Notes under the pieces: generated by a model | What the model was told of the DNA's origin: nothing | Seen by the model: only the letters and a program-made list of their open reading frames with translations | Database searches by the model: none | Position numbers and translations under genes: made by a program | Source: Antedon mediterranea | Lineage: Eukaryota > Animalia > Echinodermata | Length of the DNA stretch: 64,000 nt | Reading direction: 5' to 3' | Assembly (NCBI RefSeq): GCF_964355755.1 | Contig: NC_092670.1 | Location: forward strand, 22,740,795 to 22,804,794 | Part shown: positions 1-27,600 of the stretch, piece after piece | How the letters are laid out: every line of letters begins with the position of its first letter | Position numbering within the stretch: position 1 is the first letter of the stretch

Positions 1-13228
<13,228 letters not shown>

Positions 13229-14648
13229 AAGCAATATTTAGCAGATAGTTTAAGTTATCTTACACCCTCTATTAAGAAATATCAAAATTTATTTAAAAAA
13301 CAAAAACATTTTTAAATATTTCCAATGATTTGTTTTTGCAAAAAAACTAGGATGGAAATTTAATATCTATGTTACAATTATTGTACAATTTATTTATAAT
13401 CCTTAAACCAATTGAATAATTTAAAACAGTACGAGTATAATTTTATAACTTTCACATTGACATTATTACTTTATATTAGACTACTTTTTCACTTCAATTT
13501 GGAAAAACGCCAATGAATTGTTTGTTAACAATGATGGCAAATGAAAATAAAGTTTCGTAAATAAACATGTTAAATAGTAGATTGAATAATGTGAACTTCA
13601 AATTCAAATACACCAAAATTCCCTTATATTTTATTAGGTTTGGAAAAAAATAGAAAAAATTATAATACGAAAAAGGCAAGAGAATTGTTTTTTTGGTCAA
13701 AAAAACAAAGATGGCAAATGTAAATATTTATATATAAATTCAGTATTATAGCAAATTACAAAATATATATACAAATACAAAATACAAATAAATACAAATT
13801 TACAACTCATAAAAGAAGTTTATACTGCTGCGTTTAATATTTTTGTTTTAGTTGTACAAATGAAAATGTTTGCGATTGAATGAATTGTTTTTATTAAACT
13901 GAAAACAAGGATAAAGATTGCAGATAAAAGTTTAGTACATGTATTTTTATTTCCGGAAACTTATTTGACAAAATATAATTATTTAAATTAATCTATTTAA
14001 ATGATAAGTACAAATATTAATTGTTTTTGTGCAATATATCATTTATTTTATTTATGACCAATAAATATTGCACAGTAATCATATTTGCATATTTGATTTA
14101 TCTTTGATTGTTATTTAATAGTCATATTTTAATGGATATTTCACTACAATTCCAGGTATACAGATGTCTATTATAAAAAAAAATGATTAAGTACTTTGAA
14201 ATTCACTAAACTATACAGATATTAAGTCTTTATGTAGCTGTGTCATCGAGTTATGAAATCATGGAGTCACAAATAAATTATTATATATATTACTATTTGT
14301 ATATATTATGATTAAATGTAAATTTTGTTTAATATGACATCCACTAAGTGAAATAAATATCATTGGATTCAGAAAACATATTTGGTTGAGTTTGCATACA
14401 CAAGTTGCATTGCGAATGTTCTTAAGTTATAACCCTTCATGTCACCTGCCAACACTTTACATACACTATACAAAATATTGCTGTTGACTATGTGAACTCC
14501 AGTTTTAATAGGTTTAAAAAAGTACTGTATATGTTTTCATATGTATAAAGCATTCAGTATTTACTACTGCAAATGAATAGGGTTGATTATTTCATCATGT
14601 GACCTCATAGACAATAATAGAATCTGTTCATATTTCTGAGCAAACTAA

Positions 14649-14798
14649 AGCTCTGTCTACACTATCAACATTTATGTGACAAAAAAATTTGATGTGGACA
14701 TATATGATATATATGGACATGATAGTGTCTTCACTGCCATATTTGGGCATATCACTACCCTATTTGAGCACATCACATTGTTTTTGTCAAACTAGTTT
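14649..14798 (-). mobile_element. Harbinger-like MITE copy
   Basis: TAA|AGCTCTGTCTACACTATCAAC, internal 21-bp units in reverse orientation, right TIR truncated. Confidence 0.8.
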
Positions 14799-15663
14799 TA
14801 CTTTTACAGTACTTTTGCATTGCTTTATTGCATGTTCTATTAAAAGGTTATAATATTGAGGATTAATGAACAAGGCATGTTAATTCGTATAAATCATATT
14901 ATCATGCATAAACATTGTCCTAAAATTAAAAGCTTTTAGTTGGTGTTGTGGAGAGAGGGTATGAAGTCAACTTATGACTCGTCATCAAATCACACAGTGA
15001 CTCTGAAAACTTTGTCTTTCTGGCAGTTCGCATTATTTTACTATGGTAAATATTGCCTTTCCAGTCGATAATTCTTACCCAGAAATTCTGGTTTGAAAAA
15101 TATGAAAGAATATGGGAATATCTACAAACACTTATGTAACTTTACCTCTTATATACTTGTTATTTTCATTCGTTCTACATACAAAATTGTCAATTTTAAA
15201 TTACCTTACAATATATAATATTTTTCTATCACTCATCCATTATACTATACAAATTTTTAATTTTTTAATTTATTTATATAATTATATATTATAATCTTTA
15301 TATAGCTATTTATAATATGTTTTAATCTATACTGTATAAACTGGTCCCTCTCTTGATAATGTCATTTTCACTTTTCTCATTCCACCATTTCAATGTATAC
15401 TACACTATACCTAGGTCTAAATGCTGGCAACTTGGCTTGTGTCTGTAAGCTAGGCACTCATATTCATCTCTCTCTTTACCAAGTTTGAAATAAATACCAG
15501 CTTACAACTTGAGAAGTCGCACCCACCAGAAGCTGGTGAGTATATGTTTTAGATGATCTCAATATAAGTTATAAATACTACTGTATACTAAAGGCTATCT
15601 ACAATACATTGAACATTGTATTTGATTTCTATACTATATGAAGTACAATAAAACCATGACATG

Positions 15664-18600
15664 TTATTGTACGACACGATCATCTTCCCTCTGTGCTCGG
15701 GCAAAGTTAAGAAAAACTTGCTCTAAAGTAGTCTGACTAACAGAGTAATCTTCTATACTGAACTTGTCCTTGGCACCTTCCATTATTCCAAAAATATTGG
15801 CCCATGTTTTATCGGAACGTTTGATGTGATAATGGATTATTCCCTGATGCTCGTCTTTCAATTCACAATCTGAGAGATAAAATTGTTTGAATGAAAATTG
15901 GAAACAGAATATTGATATAGATTGTGGGCTCATTGTATACTGTATATTCAGACTACATACAGTATAAGCACATGGTATATATATTTTCTAATGTTGAGAT
16001 ATTGTGTGTGAAAATAAATGTCTGTATTTTCTGCTTATTGCAATACACATTCAGGTTAGTTTCGGTATAAATAGTATAATTTTGTACTATTTCTTCATTC
16101 TAATAATAATAATGAACAAATTTCTTTTTTCAAAGGTATTGTTTTTTATGATTGTAGCCCATGTGGTGAACAGAAACCTCTGTCTACACTATCAAAGTAA
16201 CTAGTTGGACAAAAAAAGTCATCATCATGTCCATATATGGGCACATCACATTTTTTTGTCACATAAAGTTTGATAGTGTAGACTGAGCTATACATAAAAT
16301 ATACTGATATGACATCAGATTATTGTCATTACAAACCTGGAAACGTTGTCTCAATGAACTCCTTCAATGGTTGTATATCATTCCTACTGTCAATCTTAGC
16401 ATGGATTGTATATCCTTCACCAAATCTATGCTTAAGGTGCTGGGTACTTCCAAGACATCGGAACGTTCCATTCACCATAATAGCTAGCCTTGTACACAAA
16501 GCTTCACATTCTTCCATACTGTAAGAAAAACATGGCTAAAGTTATTCACTCCTATGGATACAGATAAACTTTATTTCATCCTTCACAGGAAATTTACATG
16601 GTTGCAGTTCAAGAATACAATAATGATGATATTGAAAACTTAACAAACAATTTAAGTAAATACATCAAACAAATTATCACTGAAAATTGTCATTATAACA
16701 TCGTATCCTTGGGATAAACAAATATCTATAGCGGTTTGTTTATGTCCACGACTGGAGTCTACCGCTTTGTTCAATAAAGCTGGAGACAATTACAGAATTG
16801 AAAGAATCGGATGGATCCGCTATAACTGCCGTAAACCAGGTTTTAATCAGGTAAACTGTATTTATTTTATATAATCTGTTTACTTAAATTTGCCTATTTT
16901 GGATTATTTTACCTGTGAGATGTTAAAACGATGCATTTTCCACTCTCTCTAACTTGTGATAGAGTGTCCCATAACATCCTCCTAGCAACAGGGTCCATAC
17001 CAGTCGTAGGTTCATCAAGGAATACGATTGGTGGATCACCCATCAATGCAATAGCTGTACTTAGTTTACGTTTATTTCCTCCACTGAAAAATAAATAGTA
17101 ATATTATTATAGTAAATAGTAACATATTTAGCATTAAAAATGATTGTACAGTATTAGTTAACTCCACTGAGTTTTATACTGTACAACCTACTTATTATTA
17201 TTCTTTACAGATTGTATATGGCCTAACCACGTTGAAACACCGGTTCTCGTCAGATCATCGAAGTTAAGCAATGTTGGGCCGGTAAAAGTTTGGATGGGAG
17301 ATCATCTGGGAATACCGGGAGCTGTATATGGAGCTGGGGTCCCGTTAGGCATTTAAAATCAGCACTGCTGACTCTTATGGCAGCCCCTGCATCTAGTATT
17401 TGCCTCAGACGTATTGGCTTATGCCTCTACTCTGGTTAAGGTGGGCACTGGACAAGAGAAGCCCTTGATCAATGTTGGAACCAGCCAAAGGTGCTTTAAA
17501 CAGTCCTGGCTTAGTCATCATTCAGATGAATGTGAGTCTAATTGACATTAATTGTAGATAGTAGTCGGCTATATATATTGATTGTGACAGTAATGAAGGT
17601 TCAATAAAAAATAAACACACAAGGCGATTGCAATGTATATTACAATTGGCGTATGTGTGCAATAAGTGTGCATTCACATAATACGTGAAGGTCAGTCTGT
17701 ACTTCATCGCATTTACAAAGACATACATCGGGTGCCATGTAAGACCACCGGCCAGTTTCTATTCTAAGGTTATGCGATATAAGTCGTAAAAAGAAAAAAA
17801 CCTGTACCTATAAGCACCGGTCATTTTGTCCGCATGTGGCTCAATGGTCAATGCTTTTAGAAGTCTGTTAACTTCTCCAGGAATCAATTTCTCTGGCATT
17901 CCACGAAGCCTTCCGAACATTGTCAGAGTTTCTCGACCGGTCATCTGATCAATGAGGGCATCAAATTGAGGACAATATCCCATATGTTGTTGAACCTAGA
18001 ATAATAAGTTTTGTGATGTTTTTTTGTAAGAACAAATTTTAATTACTAATTTATGTTAATTTATGTATATTGACATTATTATTCTGCGATTTCCTTCTTA
18101 AAAATGAATGTATCTCACCTTTTTAATGTTTGTTTTGACGTCAAATCCATCTAGAAAAGCATTACCGGAGGATATTGCGGTATCACCTGTCAACATCTTG
18201 AAGGTGGTAGTCTTGCCTGCGCCATTCACACCTAAAAAAACAATTAACATAGATTTTTTTATGGGTACAATAAGAATGGTAGATATCTGTACTGTCCTGC
18301 CCACCCATAACCAACACATGCTAACAGCATTAAGCAGCACTAAGGGGTATCCCAATACTGGCAGTGATCTTACTATGTGTAAACTTACCAAGAAGTCCAA
18401 AGCATTCACCAAGGGGAATCCCCACAGTTATGTCATTGACAGCAACCAGACCCTTTGCGCCCCTTAATGTGTATATTTTCCTAAGATCTTTGATTACGAG
18501 GGCATCTGTCTGGTTTAGATTGGTCATTGGGCTCATATCAATGCGTTGCCGTTCTGCCGCAACATCTTCATCTTCCTTTAAGGAAAAAAGACACAAACAT

Positions 18601-21600
18601 TTAAGTTAATTGAAGTCTACTCACTATACAACTCCACTATTGCTTTGGTTGGAAACTACTGACAGTTAAGTTTATTTGTTGTTTGTACTCATTTACTGTG
18701 CTATGTTATTACTCTATGGATATGAATTCTGAATTAAAAGATGAATAGAATACAAATCTTTTGTCATACCTTAATTACAGAAGCATCTTGAATAATTTCT
18801 TTATGTTGGTTTCTTTTTGATTTTAACGAATAACAGATTTTCCGAAGAAGTTTGTTGTCAATTATAAACACCGCAGCAAAATAAACAACTCCTTCCCACG
18901 CCAAGAATGTGAGGTAACGTCCAATACCGCCTTCTTCCCAAGCAATATAGTTCTCCTGGTAAACGACTTCTGTTATACAAACAAAAATTTTAGTTTGGTC
19001 AAAATGACATACTGTATGAATCTTGACAAATAACACCAAATTATAATTATTGGGCTATAATTCGTCAATTAAAATCTAGTTATTATTTGAGTTAAAAAAA
19101 AAATATATTGTGGCAAATGTGTTCTTATGATATTCTACATAAAATAGTCTTTTAAGTCTTTGGGGGTGGAGTTGTTTTTGTCATCTGGCAGGATTTGAAC
19201 GCAGGACCACCAAACTACATTAGACAGTATTACCATTACCATGACATCAACAAAGCCTGCTTACCTTCAGTCTCACAATATAGTCTGCTAATATCACCAA
19301 GGGAACTGCAAATGGTTTCAATTTGATAGTTGTTATAAAAGATGTCAAATCCTCTTGCCAGGCAATATGGCGGTGATAGCATGAAAATCCAATCACATAT
19401 TCTGGCTGCTTCTTGGAAGTCAAAAGCCTCAAAACTCAAGAAGTTCAAGATAAAATATGGCAATAGACCCAACACTAGATTGATTATAACGATGCGAACA
19501 TAACCGGTTGCAGGTACGTCAAAAATGAACGACAACAGGTACGTTACTGGAATTACCGCCCATCCGTGAAGATACAGCAACAGAAGGATTTCCCAGATAT
19601 GGCCGTCTTCAACGTATGCTTCTATGCTACATGCGACAAACAGGATACAGATACAAATGCATGGAACCATGTAGTTTATCATATCCCAAAGGAAAGTAGA
19701 GAACCAGAAGTTTGAAAGTCGTACGCCACTAACAAACTGGAGATGTTTTGATTTGACAGAACTCTCTTTGATGAGGAAGACGGAGAAGCTACCCGAAAGA
19801 AATGCCATGCCGAAAGAAATTGCAAACGCAACCGCATAACCCGTACCGAACGAGTTAGATTGATCTGCAGCTTGTCTTTCTAAATTTCTAGGTAATGGAA
19901 AGTTTAAGGTGGAAATATGGTAACTATCGTTAGCCATGCATTTCAGAACGGCGTTATCGATTGCGTTTAGCGCCAATGGTGGAACATGTAGCGGTTGGTT
20001 ATTAAAAAACCCTCTCGCATAAACGTTATCATTCCCATCAGGAAGGAACTCGGCTGCAATGAGATTTTTCCGATAAAACACGGATTCTACATCTTTCTGT
20101 ATATCCAAGAGGTACGACCTCATGTCTTGTGGTTTATCAATCTCATTATTGATATCCACAAATACACTGCTTTCCTTATTTTTAAACTGGTTTCCGTAGC
20201 AATTCATGAGCGTTTCTGATAGGGCGGTAGATGTGTAGTTACCGCTAGAAGCTTGTGTTACGATTTCAGACTCGTATCTCTCAACTGATATCTCTAAGGC
20301 GGGAGAATCGCCAACGTTTGGGATTGTTTTAATAATGATGATTGCCAAGGCTGCAAAGATGAGTGGGATTGAAAGTTGGATTAGGCCTACTAATAAGTTA
20401 CGGTAAGAGTGTACGATGTGTTTGATGAACATTGCGTAGAATTGCTGTCCGTAAAGTGTCATCCCCGTGTTTTGTTGTTTCGAATCGTATGCATCTCTAA
20501 ACAGGTTTTCTAAGAAAAAAAATACATTATATTTACTTTTTTTAAACATTTACATAGTTTACTTTTTATTCTTTATTTTAAATTGAGTAAAGGGTGTCTT
20601 ATTTTAAATTGAGTAAAGGGTGTCTTATTTTTTATTGTGGTTTAAATATATTGAAGCACTGTCAAGAGAAAGTAAAAGTTCAGGCCAGCACTCAAACTGA
20701 AGTATGCGGATACGCTTTCATCATTATTTCAAATCAATAAACTGCGGTTCTCAGGATTGGCGCACCTCATATAAAAGTATGAAATAAAATAATTGTTAAC
20801 TCCTACCTGTTGATTCCATTATTTCTACTTCAGTATCCTCTTGGAATAAACTGGCTTGTCCGTTGGCATCAACTGCTCCATAAGTCGGCTGGATAAGGCT
20901 GCTCTCTGTAATTTTACCGTTTGTGTGATTTCCATTCATCTTCAAATCTTTTTCTTCCATAGCTAGCATGTTTCCATTTGATGTGCCATTTGGTTTTATT
21001 ATGGCAGGACCTAAGTTTTGTAGTTTGTCTTTCAAGGTGTCATCCATAGATTCTCCAGCTCTAAACATTTTAAAATTAGTTGGTAAGTTATAATATAATA
21101 GTATTTATGCATCAACTTTTACCTGGATAAGAAGCCTAGCACAATTTTGTTTCAAAAACCTACTGGATTTGAAGACTAGTATAACTTTGCTAGAAGGAAT
21201 ATACCTCTGGGATTAGAAGCCTAACTTTTCTATGCATGGCTAATCTTAACTTTCTTTAAAACCACTGTAGCACTTACTTAAGGAATACTTCTTCCATGGT
21301 TGTAACAGAAGCACCGTAACTAGCAATCCCTAAGGAGACCTTGTTACTTTCCAACTCTTCAAAAAGCTCTTCAAACTTTCCAGATGATTCACTTGGTAGA
21401 ATGAATGAAATCTCCGAACCAACGTTGCTTTCTAACTCAGAATCAGGAACATGCGTTTGAATGATGTTTCGCATCCGCTGTACATCACATACTGGTTCTT
21501 TCACAATCACCATGTGATACCCAACACCTGGTTAAATATGCAAATAAGGTCAGTAAGTTTATAATTAAATTATGATATAACAGTAATAACTGCAATAATT

Positions 21601-24600
21601 GAAGCTAAGTGTTATGTTCCTTTTTAACATGGGAGATATATGCCCAAATATGGTAGTGATATTACATCATTATGTCTACAGTATATATGGGCACATCACA
21701 TAAAGTTTGATAGTATAGACAAGAGCTTTAAAATATTACCATATTTCTTTTTTAAGAATAATGAAGAGCCACAGCATTGAAGTTGTCCTGATGACATAAT
21801 GGCAATTCTGTCGCCTAAGAGGTCAGCTTCATCCATGAAATGCGTTGTTAATAGGATTGTGCGGCCTTCTCTGTGACGCTGTAGCAGATCCCATGTGAAA
21901 CGTCTTGCATCGGGATCCATACCAGAGGTCGGCTCATCTAACATCACAACCTTTCAAAGAAGAACGATAAATGTATTCTGCATGGAACAAGGAGATTGGG
22001 ATTTACTTTATGTAGCTTCTGTGATGAAGGTTTCTACACTTAGGATTTTTTATAGTGTCACTTTCAATTTTATCCACTTTTCAGTGCATAAACTTGAGGG
22101 ATTGGGGTCGCAGGAAGTAGTTCCTGTCTATGACCTGAATTGGCCGGAACCGGATTTAAAGGGACACTTTCCTCTGAAATAAATAAAACCCTAAGGTGTC
22201 CTCTTAATAGATTAGATTATATTAATTATTACTTAGTTTACATTAATGTTATGTTACCTTTGAGTTGGCAATCAGGGCTATGCCCACAGACAGCTTTCTC
22301 TTCATACCACCTGACAATGACTTGGACAGCTGGTTCCGTTTGTCTGACAGGCCGGTAGCTTCAATGTAATGGTTAACCTCATTTTTTACTTCATTGGCAT
22401 CCTCTAGACCTTTTAACTATAATAGAAAAATCTGACAATATAATATTTGACAAAAACATAAAAAACAAATACTGTAGAACACCTACAGGTATAGGACAAC
22501 CTATTATGAGGAGACCACTGATATTAGGGTAAACTTTCCAATGAACATTTAAAAAAAAAACCAATCATACCTTTGCAAAAAATTCCAAGTGTTCTTGAAC
22601 TGTCAAATCATCAAACAGTACATCATGTTGAGGGCATAGTCCTAGGCTAGTACGCACTCCCTCTATCTCTCTTTTGATGTCATAGCCGTTGACGTAAGCT
22701 CTTCCACTAGTCGGTTGTATCAGGCCTACCAACATAGACATTGTAGTGGTCTTGCCTGCCCCATTGTGGCCAAGAAGCACAGTTACCTGACCTTCGTACA
22801 TATCCATTGAGATCTCATTAACGGCTGTCTTTTCCTTAAACATCTGCAAAAATATATTAAAGTAAATTCTTTTTGAACACCAACCAAATAAATATACACA
22901 ACACTGAAAAAATGGGGAGTTCCATCATGGTTTAAACAGTGCTTTTACTGTCATTAATAGGTCTATTTAAAAAAAATGTATTAAAGATGTATTGTCCCCC
23001 AATAACATGAAAAATATAGAATAATATAATCAGACTTTGAATAGATTATTTTGTAGTTTTATTAAATCACTTTCGTAAAAAAAAAACCTGAACAATTTTA
23101 TTTTTAAAATGACAAAATAAATGGTAAAATTCAACCAAAAACCCATTGGCTGGCAGCCAATTTTACTTTTTTATGCTTTAAATTACAGTTTTTTAGGTAA
23201 ACAAATGTTTTTTTTCCATCGAATTTTTGGTCAAAGTGGATAACTATTAGGTGACATTGAAATGGCATATTCAACAAAAAAATTGTTCAATAATGACAAT
23301 ACATCTATAACTGAATAATTTTCTTTTTGTATTTATACCTATAAACTATTCAAAATAAGATCTGAAACATTTCATTCACATCATGAACTAACCTTTTTGA
23401 GTTTCCTAAACTGTATTCCAGGTACCAGGCCAATTGGATCTACTTCAAATAAGTCTTCATTCTCATATTCCTTCTTTCCAAGTGGATCATTCTGCCCCTC
23501 AACATGTACCGTGGTTGGCATACCGCACCAGTATGATTTCTATATTACAAAAAAACACAATTCCTCACAACGTACATCATTGTTAAATTTATGATTTTTG
23601 TTCCACAAATACTAAGCAGATAATTCATACAACAAAAAGTACTTTTCTCAGAGCTCTACAACTAAAAGCTTGCTTATTTGCTGAGTTCCTTTTACACTGA
23701 ATATAATGATTGATTGTACTTTCATTTAATTTTATAATTATTCAAATCCTATATTTCATGTACAAAATGTTATATATATATATATCTACACTATCAAACC
23801 TGTTTGAAAAAAAAAGTGTGATGTGCCCAAATATGGTAGAGATATGCCCAAATGTAGTAGTGATATGACATTATCATGTCAATATATGGGCATATCACAT
23901 TTTGTTATCAAATAAAGTTTGATAGTGTAGACAGAGCTTCAATTTATTATTTCAGAAAAACTACCATACGTACTGTAAATGGAAAATACCAAGGTTTTGG
24001 GATTCCAAATTCTCCAGGAAAGACTGCATCGACATACCACGTTAAACCTCCATAGAGAAAAGCATCAAACAGTAACATGCACATGGCCCATGCAAAGGCA
24101 AAGTTGTCGTCTACAGTGACTGGTTCACCGATGTTATCCCAACGAGCGCCCTCACCTGTGAAACAATTACATCATCATTAATAGACTTGCCACAAATCCC
24201 TAGTTAGTTTTTTATAATGTAGGTATGACTTTCCATGTATGCCAAAATTGTTCATTTTAATGAAGCTGAATCACCATCTCGAACCATGAATATCATTAAA
24301 AACAAGTTCATTTCAGTACACACTAAATAACTAAGAACATGGTTTGGCCATGATGTACAGCAATTCTATTGTTATTCTTACCAGTGCCTTCATGTAGGCC
24401 AATAATAAAGGTCCCAAGTCCCATGCAAGTATTTGGCAGTACACATAGTCCAAACTTAACACCAGCCGTCGCAGAACGATACCGAATCACCAAAAACCAG
24501 AATGGTAGGTAGGTAATGAACCACAGTAGACCAGCTGCTACCGCTGCATTATTAGCTGAAAGGTGACACATTAAACACATTAGGATAAAAAATCAAATAG

Positions 24601-27600
24601 TTATTTCAGTCCAGTTTGTTAAGGATATGACCAAGCATAATCCCACCCCCTAATGTAGGCTAAATTCGGACACAATTCCTTGGTAAATTCCATTGTTAAT
24701 GCCATCCGAGTATAATACCACCCTCCCCACCCCCCCTAAATTTTTCCAAATATCTTACCCAGGTTCTGCCACTGAGCGCGGTCATATACAGTATATATTT
24801 TTATTGCTCTGTCTACACTTTTAAAGTTTTTGTGACAAAAAAATGTGATGTGCCCATATATGGAAATGATGATGTCATATCACTACAGTATTTGGGTACA
24901 TCACCATTTTTTTGTCAAACTAGTTTAAAAGTGTAGACAGAGCTTTATTTATTTAAACATAAAAAACTCCATCAAATTATTCTTTTTGAACATATAAATT
25001 GCCTTAGTGCTCTTTTTTTAATGTGAGACACAGCCAAGGACTACCAAAAGTGAAAAAGTCTCTGTCCATTAAATTGTGACAATTTGTTTCACAGAACAAA
25101 CAAAAGCTCATCTATAAAAACGAAGTAATTGAATGGGAAAACATCCTAACAACAGGATTTAAACACTGAATCCAGTAGTCACCAAGTTACAACTACGCTA
25201 ACCACAGGTTAAAAAATATGCTTACATACCTTTTGAAAAGCAAACACTGACGAGAAAACACCAATTGATGACAGCGATGGAGTACAGCAAAAGGAAGACA
25301 AACACTACAGTTGGATCTGTATTGTTGAGGACGGCTGCGTTGACTTTCTTGACTTTCACGGTGAAGAACAATGTCATGATTGCTACTGTGATAATGAGAT
25401 AGATGAGGTATTTGACAAACCAAGCTAGCCAATGTACCCAGTTACTCAATCCCATCATCTTCATCGATTCCTGGAAAAGTAAGTAAAATAAGTTATGTAG
25501 GATTTTGACTTGGCTGGCATGGTTCAGTTTAGCCCTCACCTACTGTGAGGAGAAGACAGGTTGGGAGTAGTAATTTAAATTTAAAAGGCAAATAAAAAAC
25601 TACCATACAATCAAATATTTAATCTCCTCATTCATTCTAAAGCTCTGTCTACACTATCAAACTAGTTTGAAAAAGGACACATTGGGACCGATCATTCTAA
25701 AGCTCTGTCTACACTATCAAACTAGTTTGAAAAAGGACACATTGGGACCGATTCATTCTAAAGCTCTGTCTACACTATCAAACTAGTTTGAAAAAGGACA
25801 CATTGGGACCGATTCATTCTAAAGCTCTGTCTACACTATCAAACTAGTTTGAAAGGACACATTGGGACCGATTCATTCTAAAGCTCTGTCTACACTATCA
25901 AACTAGTTTGAAAGGACACATTGGGACCGATTCATTCTAAAGCTCTGTCTACACTATCAAACTAGTTTGAAAGGACACATTGGGACCGATTCATTCTAAA
26001 GCTCTGTCTACACTATCAAACTAGTTTGAAAGGACACATTGGGACCAATTCATTCTAAAGCTCTGTCTACACTATCAAACTAGTTTGAAAGGACACATTG
26101 GGACCGATTCATTCTAAAGCTCTGTCTACACTATCAAACTAGTTTGAAAGGACACATTGGGACCGATTCATTCTAAAGCTCTGTCTACACTATCAAACTA
26201 GTTTGAAAGGACACATTGGGACTGATTCATTCTAAAGCTCTGTCTACACTATCAAACTAGTTTGAAAGGACACATTGGGACCGATCATTCTAAAGCTCTG
26301 TCTACACTATCAAACTAGTTTGAAAAAGGACACATTGGGACCGATCATTCTAAAGCTCTGTCTACACTATCAAACTAGTTTGAAAAAGGACACATTGGGA
26401 CCGATTCATTCTAAAGCTCTGTCTACACTATCAAACTAGTTTGAAAGAACACATTGGGACCGATCATTCTAAAGCTCTGTCTACACTATCAAACTAGTTT
26501 GAAAAAGGACACATTGGGACCGATTCATTCTAAAGCTCTGTCTACACTATCAAACTAGTTTGAAAGGACACATTGGGACCGACCCTTAACAGGAGTAAGG
26601 CGTAATGTTTAAACACATGTTGCTCCTTGTTCATTTCACAGGAAAGTGTCCCCTGAATAGGGGTGTCCCTTGAATAAAGGTTTCCCCTGAATAGGGTGCC
26701 CCAAAGGAAAGGGTTCTACTAATTAAATAATTAAAATAAATCTTACTTTAAGGCGCTTTTCTTTTTCATAAGCAACGTTCTTAGCAATATTGAGGGCGAC
26801 AAACACCAAACTAATCATAATAAGATCGGGCATGTTTGTTTGTATGAAGATGACGAAATCATCTTGGAAATAGGTTTGGTACGGGTAACGCTGCAACACT
26901 GTTGTAATATTCTCAGTTGAGAATCCAAGGAACTGAATTAATGCATTATCAATTGCATGCTGTATTGGTAGGAAGCCTTCCGCCTTATAACCTAAAATAA
27001 AACGTACAAAATGTTAAATTTACACAATAATACTCTAGTACCATATTTGGTATTATACTGAACTTCAAATGGAAGTAATTTTCCACTGATGAATGAATGA
27101 ATTTTAAGGCCTTTTATACTGTATACATTTTGTTGTTGCAATTCAGTTTTTTATTTAACTGTGTAATTTTCGTATTTGTTATATTTAGGTATTTGCTATT
27201 AATATTTTAGAAATTTAACATTTTTGATGTGTAAATAAGATTTGTGTATGTATGCACTATTAGACCAGCTATTAACCAATCACATAGTGGTAAATAAATT
27301 TTGTATAATTCAACATTTTACCTGGTGTACCACCCCATGTTTCATTTTTCTCTCTTGGTCCAGCAGCTTGGTATAAAGGATATAGAAACCCTGTGTACCA
27401 TCGTTGACTTTCTGAGAAAGCATCGACTAATACGTTGCGTGGATTTGGACTCAAACGAATGCTATAGTTTAAGTTAGACGGTAAGTTGTATGGATCTGGG
27501 AATTCATTATTAAAGACAACAGCGCCAAGAACATTAGAGTATGTTGTGTTCTCGTTTCTGATTGCTACCAATAAATCCTCTTCGTCTTTGAATCCAATTG

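Noticed and set aside
17214-17329. Functional 5S rRNA gene
   Set aside because: Single intronic copy with deletions and substitutions, no oligo-T terminator and no tandem array.
25630-26582. CRISPR-like appearance of the ~60-bp array (also the 44-bp and 37-bp arrays)
   Set aside because: No unique spacers, no cas genes, and a eukaryotic intronic or intergenic context.
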